Source: Catajapyx aquilonaris
Taxonomy: Eukaryota
Assembly: GCA_000934665.2 (NCBI GenBank)
Contig: KZ538481.1
Span: forward strand, 1-64,000
Direction: 5' to 3'
DNA: 64,000 nucleotides
Position 1 is the first letter of the stretch. The number at the start of each line of letters is the position of its first letter. This document shows positions 26,521 to 39,639 of this stretch, in pieces. Under the pieces are notes generated by a model. It had not been told where the DNA came from. It did not search any database and was given only the letters and a program-made list of their open reading frames with translations. The position numbers and the translations under genes were made by a program.

Positions 26521-29500
26521 AAAATTCTGGAACCATCAAAACAAACTTTTCAAAAAATAGCTGTTAAAAATAAGCAGCATGTTGTCCACAATAATTAGCC
26601 ACATTAGTGGGACAAGTATGTTGGAGCACTCTGCATAAAAGTTGATGCATAAATTTTCCTACAATTAAATTAATTAATTTGTGTTAGGTCTCCACGTGCC
26701 AACTGCAGTGTGCAAAAGGGATTGGAAAGTCAAAGTGCCCAATAATTATTTTAATGGTGACTCTGACTCATTTGGTAAAGAAAACTACAAGTAGCAAGGT
26801 AATTGTTACGTCACAATTTCGAATCAGATTTTCCATAGTGCTTCTTAGTGAGACATCAGACGAAGTATGCTGGTATGTTATCGAAGTATATATGTGAATT
26901 TTCATGAACTTGCCCGAAGATGTGACTGTGTATGAGAATGAAGTAGTCTCATAATATTGGAAAAAAGCTTATTTATAGCTGTAAGACGCGGTATTTAGAT
27001 TGATGTCTGACTTTGACGCCCCCGTTAAAAATCAACATGGTATAAGAACTAATTTGAAAGGCTTTTTGCAGAATTTTGAATTCCAGGAAATACGAGACCT
27101 TTTTCATATTCAACGGGAAAATTTAAATTTGTACATTGTGGCATTTTAAAAATAATCAAAAGTGTCAAAAAGTTACAACTTTAAACAATCAAACGACAAT
27201 CAAAATCAGATAATTTTGTGGTGAGTTCAGAATGGCACATTGTTATAACCTTGGCGTTTTTTTCGCTGGCTGTTAATATCAACCAGCTTAGGAAAAAGTT
27301 AATAGCGGTTAAAACAATTTAACACTTTTGTTGAGCCAGTTATTTCAGCCAAATATGTGTAATGCATTAAACCCAACATTGTAAAACATTATCATCATTA
27401 CATCATGATTTCTTCAACCAATATCATAACTATATGATATCCTCCTGAGACCTGAGAAGAATTTTTTAACGCAATGTCAGTTCCTATTGCATTTTCTGAA
27501 CATGTTCCCAATAAGAAACAAGAAAAAAAAATTAGTTTTAAAATATCGACAAAAATGGCGACAAACAACCAATGGGAACATTAGGACCCAATTGGTGCTA
27601 CAAAAGCAGAACGGATGAAAGCTGAAAATTGAAATACCACTTAATGGATCCCTCACATAGTGCTCTATCCTCCAAACAATGTTTTTAAAATTAATTTGTG
27701 GAATTAGTGGTAGCAATTCCTCTCAGAAGACAATTAAAGATAAATGAAATCATTTTTTAACGCCACCACTCCATGCATAGGGGTTGCTCCTTCCCTTCTT
27801 ACCCGCTAAAGTGGTACCTTACTATTCTAGATTTCAAAACTGAACAGCATAGTGCAAAGCCCACTTCCTTATGGGTGTATAGGTACAGGCAGGTAAAGAA
27901 AAGTCACTCCCATTCAGCTAAAAATGCCATTTTTCGGATGTCCATTTAAATGGACATTTTGTCTCAGGAATAAAAGAAAATGACCAGTTCTCTACAGCAA
28001 CAAAGATTGTCACAGAATCATCTTTTCGCAGTTCCTAAGACACATTCCTTGCGAATCCCAGGACATTCACTGAATTGCGAAAATCGCATTCTAAATATGA
28101 GTAAAAAAATAAAACTGATCAGATGAGCGCCTAAGCTTCAGCAGCGGAATCCGCCATTTTGTCCGCGATTTAATTTTCGCGGCCCAAGCCAGATATTCGA
28201 CGCTAGGTGGCTACAGCTATTGAGGCCAGATTGTAACCATGGGATACCAGCCTATTACAGTTCTGTTGGCATCACTGGTTGGCGCCAAAAAAATCTTTTG
28301 CTGATGTCGACATATGTATGATATAGAAGTAGGCCTATACTTTCTGGCTTTTGTCTTAATAACTTAATAGAGTATTATACATACAATCATAGTGCATGTA
28401 CAGTGTTATTGTCAAAATGTCTCATTTGCACTTTTAATTACTAAAACGATGTAAAATATTAGGGAGAGGTTACCAGGTAAAAAATATATTTCTAAAACTA
28501 CAAATTTAATTTTATGCATCATAACTCCCCGGTAATAGGTTTTTGTGCCATTTTGTGTGAGGTTGTACATGTAATAAAAAATAAAATAGGCCTAAGCAGA
28601 TTGTGAAATAACTATTGCACTACATGGCAATGCCAATATTTTCTTTTTAAGTTCTTCCATCCGTTTTATGACTACAGAATATAAGAACAAGTCCCATGTT
28701 CAAGGAGACGTTAGGAGAAAAAGTAGGCTACTGGATTGCTTGTTTCAGAAATCTGCAATGAATATCCTGTAGTGACACCCTTGTAATTCTCAACCCGCGA
28801 TATTCTACTGTACCCTGTACACATGTACATATTTTCAAAAACATGTACTCTTAATTTACGGCTTAGGAAGATATCAAAGGAAATTTGTAATTTTTTGTCG
28901 CTCGGATTTAGAAAAATTAATCGTTATAAAGCGTTACTATATTGCTAGTAAAGAGAGTTTTAATTTTTTTTCAATATCTAGCAATTTCATGAGTACTCGC
29001 CTCAAACGTTTCTTAGATAAGACTGCAGATGTGCTCTTCTCACCCGTCCAGGTGCCTCTACTCCCTTGAACCCCGAGTACCTCACACGTCTCATCCACTC
29101 TTATCTCTCAGGGAGAATCTACAAATCTCGTAAATCCTACTTTTTTTCCTAAGACATTTGTTCATTTCACCCCAGAGTCTTTCATCTACTTTCTTTTGTG
29201 CAATCTTTAATGAATGAAATGTACTGTACAGTAATGTGGATTGGTAACGTGAGCAGTAACAACCTGCGAGCACAGATAGTTGCACTTCAGAACCTCACTA
29301 ACCTTTACAATCTGCATGATTGTCCAGATTTTGTATAAGTAACCAAGAGTCTGGTGTGATTTTTCTCACCAACACGTGACTCAGGTTCTTGGTATCAAAA
29401 TGATGAGCATTGAGCAAGTTTAGACAATTTATTGCATTTTGTAGAATTTTTCACCCCTTACAAACATTTTCAAATTAAAATGAGTGCTATACTTTCTAAT

Positions 29501-29646
29501 TATTCATCATACTGGAAAAAGTGGACACTGTTAATAATTTTTTGTTGTTAAAACATTTTAGTGTTGCTGTCTTGAATAACCTTTTGTATCGTCACGTGGA
29601 TGCAAATACTGTATAAGGTTTACCTTTTCACCATAACACACAATAT

Positions 29647-30016
29647 TTTATTTATTTATTTATTTATTTATTTTTATTTAGTTTACCCCGTGATGACCCT
29701 TACGGGTGCTATAGGGGGGTGGCATACCACCATCAGTTTTCTGTGTATATTTTCAGCTTCATCCTCCGGTGCAAGGAAACAGGGACAGTGGGAAAGGATA
29801 AGGATTTTTGTGGAGGGAACATGGGTGCAAGGTGCAATGTCGTAGCTAATGGGTCATGTGCTGTTCCCCAGGAGGTTAGGTTGCCAGACACCTCCTTGGT
29901 GCAGGTCAGAGACCCTCCCGACGCAGGTGAAAGGAAAGTTCCCCAGGCGGGGATCGAACCTGGGGCCTTTCACTCAGCAAGCCGAGACGTTACCATCTCG
30001 GCCATCTACACCTCCC
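29647..30016 (-). mobile_element. tRNA-derived SINE, family A
   Basis: The minus-strand head has an A box (TGGCCGAGATGG) and B box (GGTTCGATCCC), and there is a (TAAA)n tail. The ~15-bp TSD is cataacacacaatat (29632-29646) / cataatacacaatat (30017-30031). Confidence 0.85.
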
Positions 30017-30180
30017 CATAATACACAATATATTGTAGAAATTTAATTTGTTAAAAATGTGCACGTGTGAAAATAACAGACAATTATTAGGACATTACAT
30101 TTTTATACTCTTGTGGTGTGACACTATACAATATTACAAAGTATTAATAGCCGTTATCATCTGTAACATATTTATCAACA

Positions 30181-33100
30181 TTACATGCTAAAGTTCTTTC
30201 TAAATACTCTCATAAAAATCATGGTCAGCAACACTAAAATGATGAACCAGCCAATAACGGACGCATAACCCTGCCATACAGTGGTGTCGTATATGGTCAA
30301 TCCTCTGGTAAACATGCTTCTTGCAGCCTCGTTAACAAATGTGTTTGGATTCATGTAACACAGTAGCTTCACCGGCATGAAGGAAACACCTTGGAGGGGC
30401 CATACGAGCCCGCTCACGATATGGCTAGTTAATAGTAAACCGACGCTGAAGAACATGGCTATCAAAGGGGTTGAAACCGTGACTCCGATGAAGATACCAA
30501 GCATGCTGGCACACGTCCCATGCAAAATGCAAAGAAGGAACAACCATGGTGCGGAGCTATAGAAGGAGAAGCCTAAAGTGAAGTAAACTACAAGGATCAT
30601 GCATACAGAGGCATATATGGATAACACCATCTGGGTCATCAGCCGGGCCAGGATCAGTTCCCAGTAACGCACACCTGGAAATAAATAATGTAGGATGAAA
30701 ACTGTTTACTTTATTGGGAAGTAGCTTAAGCAACTAAGGCTATTAGAAAACACATTGATGGGACACCTTATTTTGAGTACATTACCTGCTATTACTATTC
30801 TTTGGACCATTCCGTCTTCCCTTTCCCACATAATGTTAGCCACTGATGACAGCATACCGATTGCAAATATAGCACTGAAAGAAATGGCATGATTATGTCT
30901 TCCATCTTGTCAGTACAACTTTTCAATTTTCTTAATTTCTGAATGCATTGACTCACTTAACAAGTGCACCTGGAGCACTGAATTCAGTAAACTCTGGGTC
31001 ATTGGTGCCATATATCGGCTCTCCAAAATTCATGATTGGTACACCCATTACCGGATTCATGCCGCACGTAGAGAGCAAGCCTTGCATAAAATCTGAGTAT
31101 TTAAGCAGCAAATGCCTCTGAATTATAAGTGGAACGTGGTAATCTGCATTTAAAAGGGAAATATTAATTAATCTGAATATACAATATTTTTACGGCACTT
31201 ACTGATCATGTCCATTCGTAGCATAGAAATGGAGCTTAGCAGAGTTGTGTTATCCATATTGTTTCCTAATAAAAGCCTTTCAGTGACACTGTCGGAATAA
31301 TTAGCAGGAAATGAAATTACGCCTGCAACGTCACCATTTTTTGCTGCAAATTCCGCTGCCGATTCGTCATAATACGGGACCTGAAACATGAAAAAATACA
31401 TTCAAATGCTCTACAATGTTTCTACCAGATACTCTTCCTCGTGATATACACAAATATTACGTTACGTCACGCAGTGCTCCAAAATAATTAAATAGCCGGA
31501 CATAAATAGATGTTTAAACTTTGTAATGCAATGCCATTATTTGGTCCGATATATTCTTAGACAATGTCTTCATGCAGTATAGTACATAATTTGAACCATA
31601 TGTATTCATAGAGGTGTGTGCAGCTTCCCAAAATCAATGGAAATTTTGCTTCAATTAAATAGTATATTTTCCGCAAATGAGTCTTCCAATATGCAAATGC
31701 TACATGCTATAACGTTTGTAATTAAATGACGATGATGGTGGTGATGGTGGTGATGGTGGTGATGACAGAATGAAATGATGAAGATATCATCGCTTTCTTT
31801 TTACTGTTTTTTTCAATAACCTAGCCATTTCCTTTTACCACTAGCACAGTGGTTCCCAACCTGGGGAGCGTGAGAGGATTTCAGGGGGGGCGTGAGCCAT
31901 GAGAAATACGTAAAATAATGTAACATGCTTCCGCTTGGCGCTGCTGGAAATATGAAGGGACCAACTTTTCTCCTTGCTTGTATCCGATGTGCCTACAGTG
32001 TAGGAAGATTCCACTGTACTTTGTCAGCTACATTCACCTAAACTTTATGACCTTTACCCCCAAAAAATTTCGCCTGCGGCAGGCTTATTGGCCCTTCTGT
32101 TGTTGCCCATATTTCAACATGTTTGCATTCCTCAGCTATGAAATTTTCTTACCAAATTGACCATGTTCATGTCGAGTCCACGCAAATACTTGCAACTCAA
32201 GTTGCGATATAGACAGTGGTCGTAAGGTTGACAGATGGGATCTCCCGGCCATTCGTTGTTCACAATGGCCATGTTAATTTTCCGGGGGTCTTGTCCAATC
32301 GTGAAGCAGGTCACAAAAACCAGAATGGGTCCAAGGTTCATTATGGTACTTGTAGATCTGGAATGAAAGAGTTGCTGAGGTATGTTAGATTCATCAGGTG
32401 CAGGAAAATTCTGATTACCCCCAGTCACGCCAAAATCGTGTGAAGTTCTTCCTAAGCATGGCTGCAATGTGATTCTTGGAAGAACCGGTTCTTAACTGAC
32501 TCTTCTGATGCACAGAGGCCTTGGAAGCAATGATCACTTCTCTCTCGGCCTTCTTCTCAAGCTCAGTGGGCTGAAGTTCAGGCCTGTTGTTGGTAGGGAT
32601 GTCTTCGTCGTCATTCACACACAATGACAGAAAGACATCTTCCAGTTTTGTCGCCCCGTACTGTCGCATGAGAGTGCTTGGTTCTTCCTGTGCCAGAAGA
32701 CGACCGTTTCTCATCAATCCAACCACATGAGCTTGTCTTGCTTCCTCAATATACTGGGTAGATAAAATCACCGTGGTCTTGTTCTCGGCAGTTATTTGTC
32801 GCAGGTGTTTCCACATCCTGTTGCACCAATTATTTGTTTAAACATGGGTACTAAACATAATTTATGGGAAACTTACATTTGCCTTAAAATAGGATCGGCT
32901 CCCACTGTGGGTTCATCCAAGATGAGCAACCGAGACTCGTGGAGTAACGCAATTGCAAAAGACAACCTCTTTTGTTGTCCGCCACTGCACAGTGAGTAGT
33001 AATAACTACAAAAAATATGCCAAATGAATATGCATCTGATACTACCTGAGGGTATATATCTGCCTGCTTCTGTACGGAAGTTGCAGAAACTTGAGCAGAA

Positions 33101-33575
33101 ATGTAAGCCTCATCTCGATGTCTGATTTACTCATTCCGTATATGTGGCCAAAGTAGTAAATGATTTCAGTGATCGTCATTACCAGAGATAGACCTTTCTC
33201 TTGAGGCATGAAACCGACCACTGGTCCTGGGACACCACATTCGACAGTGTTGGGTGTGAGTCCGAATAGTCGGACATGGCCAGAGTCCAAGTGCTTGTCG
33301 CCAACAATGCAGGAAAGGACAGTGGTCTTCCCGCATCCGCTGGCACCAAGAAGTGAGTACCTACAATATCAGTAAATAGTTGTGCAACGTTCAAATTCTA
33401 CTTAACATCAAGTGTGTCACAACTTTTGATGACTGGTATATACATACACTTTTCCTTCCTCCACTGTCATATCGAATTTTTTCAGCACATGATTGGCTTT
33501 GGAACCTCTTCCGTAGGATTTGACTGCCTTGGATAATACCACTGCGTCACTCTGTACCTGTCCTCCAGACATCAT
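30181..33575 (-). CDS. ABCH: ABCH-type half ABC transporter, copy 2 (~700 aa; H-loop His to Gln)
   Basis: Exons 33575-33448, 33360-33046, 32984-32877, 32817-32419, 32357-32153, 31380-31203, 31143-30957, 30874-30786, 30674-30181 (2103 nt). Motifs: [41 protein letters not shown] probable non-coding exon donor lies at 34425. Confidence 0.9.
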
Positions 33576-34107
33576 GACAACTACCTGTAAATGGATGTGT
33601 AAAATAATATGACAGTTGTAATATTAAGTATCTTCGCGCCGTGAAAACGTCGTCAGGTCATAATTTCACGTAATCATCTGGTTGCAATCAATTCTGTACA
33701 CAAAGCAACTCAGAGGAATCAGTCACGTATGTATGCAAAACAACAATTAATAAATGCGTGCCTTACAATCTGCAGCATGAAAATATTTTTTAATGATGCA
33801 ATATTCCGCTTTTTATACTATAAATACGTAACTTCACTGGTTTATAAAACATTCCCAAGGACACCAATGTTTTATAAACTGGTGTCACCGGAAATGCTGG
33901 TGCAATAATGATAATACCTTGAGAAATCACGGGTGGCTCATTATTTTTAACAATAAGCCAGTAGGGTCCAAATCGATTCAAACTATGCGTCCCATCGCGT
34001 ATATAAAATTGGGCCACCCTATATATTTAACAAAAATTATTACGACCAGAAAAATTTGTTAATGTTTGCAACTCTGCCGTTGTTAAAACTAGTCTTCTCA
34101 ATACTTT

Positions 34108-34322
34108 AATTGGGGTGAGATTATGCCACGTGGGGTGAGATTATGCCACGTGGGGTGAGATTGTGCCAGCGCATTTTTTGGGGGCAACAATGTGCCCTAT
34201 TACGAATTGTACTAATCATTGCCAACCTTGACGATCATTAATAGTAAAACATGCCTAAATTCTCTTGCTGCCAGTAGTGCGCACTGTTGTCCAAAAATGA
34301 GCTGGCACAATCCCACCCTAAT
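34108..34322. mobile_element. Small inverted-repeat element with an internal 20-bp tandem triplication
   Basis: Three copies of tggggtgagatt(a/g)tgcca.. at ~34111-34170, with inverted arms ~34150-34205 and 34275-34322. Only the right arm survives in the paralogous position (37705-37764). Confidence 0.6.
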
Positions 34323-34689
34323 ATTATCGAACCGCACTACGTATTTACTGCTGTGAATTACGATGATGATGATGATGATAATGGTAATGCTATAATGCAT
34401 ATCCAACAATATCATCAGTACTCACCTGATTCTATGATAATAGGTAGCTTCTGTTCACTTCTGTCTTCCAACCTATTCTCATATCAAACTATACAGTCAA
34501 CTTACGTGAACCCACAACTCTTTTTCCTAAAAAAACCCAAGGTTAGGGTATTTTTCTTCGCGGCAAGGGTAATAACTTTCAGTATAGACAGTTGTTGGCC
34601 TTCAAATGTACTGTAAAATGCGTTGCATTCTTGTTAGCCCAGTTTTACATAGACACAGCAACGTGTACTTTGCTGCCTATTTATCAACA

Positions 34690-37580
34690 TTACATGCTAA
34701 AGTTCTTTCTAAATACTCTCATAAAAATCATGGTCAGCAACACTAAAATGATAAACCAAACAATAACGGACGCATAACCCTGCCATACAGTGGTGTTGTA
34801 TATGGTCAATCCTCTGGTAAACATGCTTCTTGCAGCCTCATTAACAAATGTGTTTGGATTCATGTAACATAGTAGCTTCACCGGCATGAAGGAAACACTT
34901 TGGAGGGGCCATATGACCGCGCTTACAATGTGGCTAGTAAATAGTAAAGCGACGCTGATGAACAGGGCTATCAAAGTGGTTGAAACCGTGACTCCGATGA
35001 AGATACCAAGCATGCTGGCACACGTCCCATGCAAAATGCAAAGAAGGAACAACCATGGTGCGGAGCTATAGAAGGAGAAGCCTAAAGTGAAGTAAACTAC
35101 AAGGATCATGCATACAGAGGCATATATGGATAACACCATCTGGGTCATCAGCCGGGCCAGGATCAGTTCCCAGTAATGTACACCTGGAATTAAATAATTT
35201 AGGATGAAAACTGTTTACTTTATTGGGAAGTAGCTTAAGCAACTATAAGACTATTAGAAAACACATTACTGGGACACCTTAATTTGAGTACATTACCTGC
35301 TATTACTATTCTTTGGACCATTCCGTCTTCCCTTTCCCACATAATGTTAGCCACTGATGACATCATACCGATTGCATATATAGCACTGAAAGAAATGTGA
35401 TTATTATTTCTCCCTTCGTGTCAGTACAACTATTCAATTTGATTTAATTTCTGCACGCATTGACTCACTTAACAAGAAATGCAGGAGCACTGAAGGCAGT
35501 AAACACGGTGTCATCGATGCCATATATCGGCTCTCCAAAATTCATGATTGGTACACCCATTACCGGATTCATGTCGCACGCAGAGAGCAAACCTTGCATA
35601 AAATCTGAGTATTTAAGCAGCAAATGCCTCTGAATTATAAGTGAAACGTGGTAATCTGCAATTAAAATGGAAATATTAATTAATCTGAATATACAATATT
35701 TCTTACGGCACTTACTGATCGTGTCCATTCGTAGCATAGAAATGGAGCTTAGCAGAGTTGTGTTATCCATATTGTTTCCTAATAAAAGCCTTTCAGTGAC
35801 ACTGTCGGAATAATTAGCAGGAAATGAAATTACGCCCGCAACGTCACCATTTTTTGCTGCAAATTCCGCTGCCGATTCGTCATAATACGGGACCTGAAAC
35901 ATGAAAAAATACATTCAAAAGCCCTATACTAAGACAATGTTTCAACCAGATACTCTTCCTCATGTTATAGGCCTGCATCATTATTACGTCACGTCGTGAT
36001 GTTTCAAAATTTTTGTCAAAAGAATGTGATAGGCCTACAATATATTTGCGGGCAACTTACCAAATTGACCATGTTCTTGTCAAGTCCATGCAAATACTTG
36101 CAACTCAAGTTGCGATATAAACAGTGGTCGTAAGGTTGACAGATGGGATCATGCGGCCATTCATGGTTCACAACGGCCATATTAATTTTCCGAGGGTTTG
36201 GTCCAATCGTGAAGCAGGTCAGAAAAACCATAATTGGTCCAAGGTTCATTATGGTACTTGTAGATCTGGAATGAAAGAGTTGCTGAGGTAAGAATTTACT
36301 CTAGTTATTCGTAGTTATTATTTTAATGCAAAAACTCTAACTCTACATAGTGCAGAAAATTGTGGCTATGTTAGATTCATCAGCTGCAGTAAAATGCTGA
36401 TTACCTCCAGTCACGCCAAAATCTTGTGAAGTTCTTCCTAAGCATGGCTTCTGTGTGATTCATGAAAGAACCGGTACTTAATCGGGTTTTCGGATGTCGC
36501 GACGTTCTGGAGACGACAGTAACTTCTGTCTCGGCCTTCTTCTCAAGCTCAAGGGGCTGAAGGTCAGGCCTGTTGTTGGTAGGGATGTCTTCGTCGTCAT
36601 TCACACACAGTGTCAGGAAGACATCTTCCAGTTTTTTCGCCCCGTACTGTCGCATGAGAGTGCTTGGTTCTTCCTGTGCCAGAAGACGACCGTTTCTCAT
36701 CAATCCAACCACATGAGCTTGTCTTGCTTCCTCAATATACTGGGTGGATAAAATCACCGTGGTCTTGTTCTCGGCAGTTATTTGTCGCAGGTGTTTCCAC
36801 ATCCTGTTGCACCAATTATTTGTTTAAACATAGGTACTAAACATAATTTATGTGAAACTTACATTTGCCTTAAAATAGGATCGGCTCCCACTGTGGGTTC
36901 ATCCAAGATGAGCAACCTTGGCTCGTGGAGTAACGCAATTGCAAAAGACAACCTCTTTTGTTGTCCGCCACTGCATGGTGAGTAATAATAACGACAATAA
37001 AGTATATCAGATGAACATGAATTTGTTACTACCTGAGGGTATGTATGTGCCTTCTTTTCGGCGGAAGTTGCAACAACTGCAGCAGAAATGTAAGCCTCAT
37101 TTCGATATCTGATTTACTCATTCCGTATATGCGGCCAAAGTAGTAAATGATTTCAGTGATCGTCATTATCGGGGATAGACCTTTCCCTTGAGGCATAAAC
37201 CCGACCACTGTACCTGGGACACCACATTCGGCAGTGTTGGGTGTGAGTCCGAATATTCGGACATGGCCAGAGTCCAAGTGCCTGTCGCCAACAATGCAGG
37301 AAAGGACAGTGGTCTTCCCGCATCCGCTGGCACCAAGAAGTGAGTACCTACAATATCAATAAATAATTGTGCAACGTTCAAATTCTACAGTGTGTCACAA
37401 GTTTTGATGACTGGTATATACATACACTTTTCCTTCCTCCACTGTCATATCGATCTTTTTCAGCACATGAATGGCTTTGGAACCTCTTCCGTAGGATTTG
37501 ACTGCCTTGGATAATACCACTGCATCACTCTTTACATGTCCTCCAGTCATCACGTCAACCACCTGTCCTCCAGATATCAT
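34690..37580 (-). CDS. ABCH: ABCH-type half ABC transporter, copy 3 (~709 aa; H-loop His to Gln)
   Basis: Exons 37580-37426, 37347-37033, 36970-36863, 36803-36405, 36265-36061, 35893-35716, 35655-35469, 35385-35297, 35183-34690 (2130 nt). Motifs: [36 protein letters not shown]. The N-terminus has a short internal duplication ([16 protein letters not shown]). Confidence 0.9.
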
Positions 37581-37820
37581 GTCAACCGCCTGTAAATGGA
37601 CGTGCAAAATAATATCCCAGTTGTAATATTAAGTATCTTCGCACCGTGAAAACGTCATCAGGTCATAATTTCACACAATCAAAATCCTAACAGGCCTAAA
37701 TTCGCTTGCTGCCAGTAGGGCGCACTGTTGTCCAAAAATGCGCTGGCATAATCCCACCCCAATTGACATACCGTACTACGTACTACGTATTTACTGCTGT
37801 GAATTACTGCTGTGAATTAC

Positions 37821-37853
<33 letters not shown>

Positions 37854-37923
37854 GTACCGGTACTGCATATGCAACAATATCGTCATTCATCAGTACTCAC
37901 CTGCTTCTATATGTACTGTACAT

Positions 37924-39208
37924 GGGTCATTCCATGTCAATCCTGTAAAAGTGTAAATGGTGGTGGCTCGACCCCTTCTGATTTAATGTAAAAAATCAGG
38001 TAGGTTGGGATCCGTAATCTATTGCGAAATCCGAGGTCGATGGAGTCAAATCTCACGGAGATATAACAATGGAAAGTTCAACAATGACGTCCATATAAAG
38101 TATTTTTAATTGTTCAGACTGATCTCCCAACACCAACATGTTATATTATATCAAATGGAAGGTAATGCAGAGAGGAATAATACGGTTACAAAACTGATAT
38201 TTGGCTGGATCGATTTTGACTTTTGGTATGTCAATCGCTTCCTTGTATCATGATACTCTATTCAGAAATTCATAAGCCATTCTTTACTCGTAAGCGATAA
38301 TTGATAGGAGAATTTTCAAACGCATGGGTGCGTAATGTGGTGCATGGAATCATTGCCATCGTTGGCATCGTATAAACAGAGGAAATGTCATAATTATGCT
38401 GTCTCTGACAAATGTACATATTACCCTTCAAAAATTCACACATATTGTAATCATTACTAACATCGAGAGTGTTTCAAAAGTGGGAGAAATTACAGTCGAC
38501 TTACCATGGAATCACTATTTTGCTTCAGTGCATGATCCATTGTGATCCATGCGTTTGAAAATTCGCCGATCAATTATCGCTCACGTGGAAAGAATGGCTT
38601 ATGCATTTCTGAATAGGCTATGATACAAGGAAGCGATTGACATACCTAAAGGAAAATCGGTGTAGTCCTACCTGGAGAAATTTGAGCTCAAAAATCGGCA
38701 AAATGGGGTAATTAATTTTTATGAATTTTTTAATTCCAACCCTGCGTGGCCTATCACAATGAAGTTTTGCATGTGAAATTAGGCAAATGTGATTGCCCTA
38801 CATTCTAAATGTCGCTTTGTTAAAATCATAATGTTATGAGTTACTGCTATCGGGAATATAGAGTGATTTACACATTCCGTATATCATATGTGCGATTTTT
38901 TTCAACTTCGTTTTACGAGTTAGGTAGAATATTTTGTAACCACGTTATTCCTCTCTCCATTACCTTCCATTCGATATATAACATGTTGGTGTTGGGTGAA
39001 CAGTGTGAATAGTTAAAAATACTTTATATGGACGTTATTGTTGAACTTTCCATTGTTATATCTCCGTGAGATTATTGACTCCAGCAGCCTCAAATTTAGG
39101 ATTTCGCAATAAGGTGTGGATCGCTACCTACATGATTTTTTTCAGTTATATCGGAAGAGATGGAGCCACAACTTTTATAAAATTTACGCAGTTGAGATTG
39201 AATGACCC
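37924..39208. mobile_element. 1.3-kb non-autonomous DNA transposon with long TIRs and a nested palindrome
   Basis: Ends GGGTCATTCCATGTCAA / TTGAGATTGAATGACCC. About 270-bp inverted arms (37924-38190 vs 38940-39208) and a second inverted pair (38223-38330 vs 38548-38648). Absent from the paralogous site near 34440. Confidence 0.85.
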
Positions 39209-39639
39209 TGGTAGCTTTCCGTGACCTTCTGTCCTTCAAACTATTCTTATATGAAGCTAAAGGCAACTTACGTGCTGGAAAAAATCCCCTATGATATGTT
39301 TTCTTCGAGACAAGGGTAAAAACTATAGACAGTTGTTGACCTTCAAATAAATGTACTGTAAAATGTCCAATTTTGACAGATACAGCAACTTGTACTTTGC
39401 TGTTTATTCCATCCGCCACTCTTGCTATGGAAAACCTGGCATTTTCTTTTACAAGAGTTGACATGGAATGTCCTACCTTTGCCTTTCAAACCAACCCCTC
39501 TATAATCCCTCCATTTGTCATTCAGGGGTCGAGGAAAAGACGAATCCTCTTTGTCAGAGGGTTGCACCACTTTCCCTTTTCTTATCACAACCAGCCGATC
39601 TGACCTGTGGGATGTGAATCCATTTGGGCCCTTTTTGCC

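Noticed and set aside
27441..27970. Possible piggyBac-like element (cctcctgagac ... gtctcagga)
   Set aside because: The termini are degenerate and TTAA sites are missing; too weak to call.
28140..28295. YY1-like (cgccatttt) and E2F-like (ttggcgccaaaa) motifs suggesting a promoter
   Set aside because: No adjacent gene was found, and such motifs are common inside TE ends.
34111..34170. Short direct repeats as a possible CRISPR-like array (also 22600-23260)
   Set aside because: There are no unique spacers, the context is eukaryotic, and the repeats lie inside MITEs.
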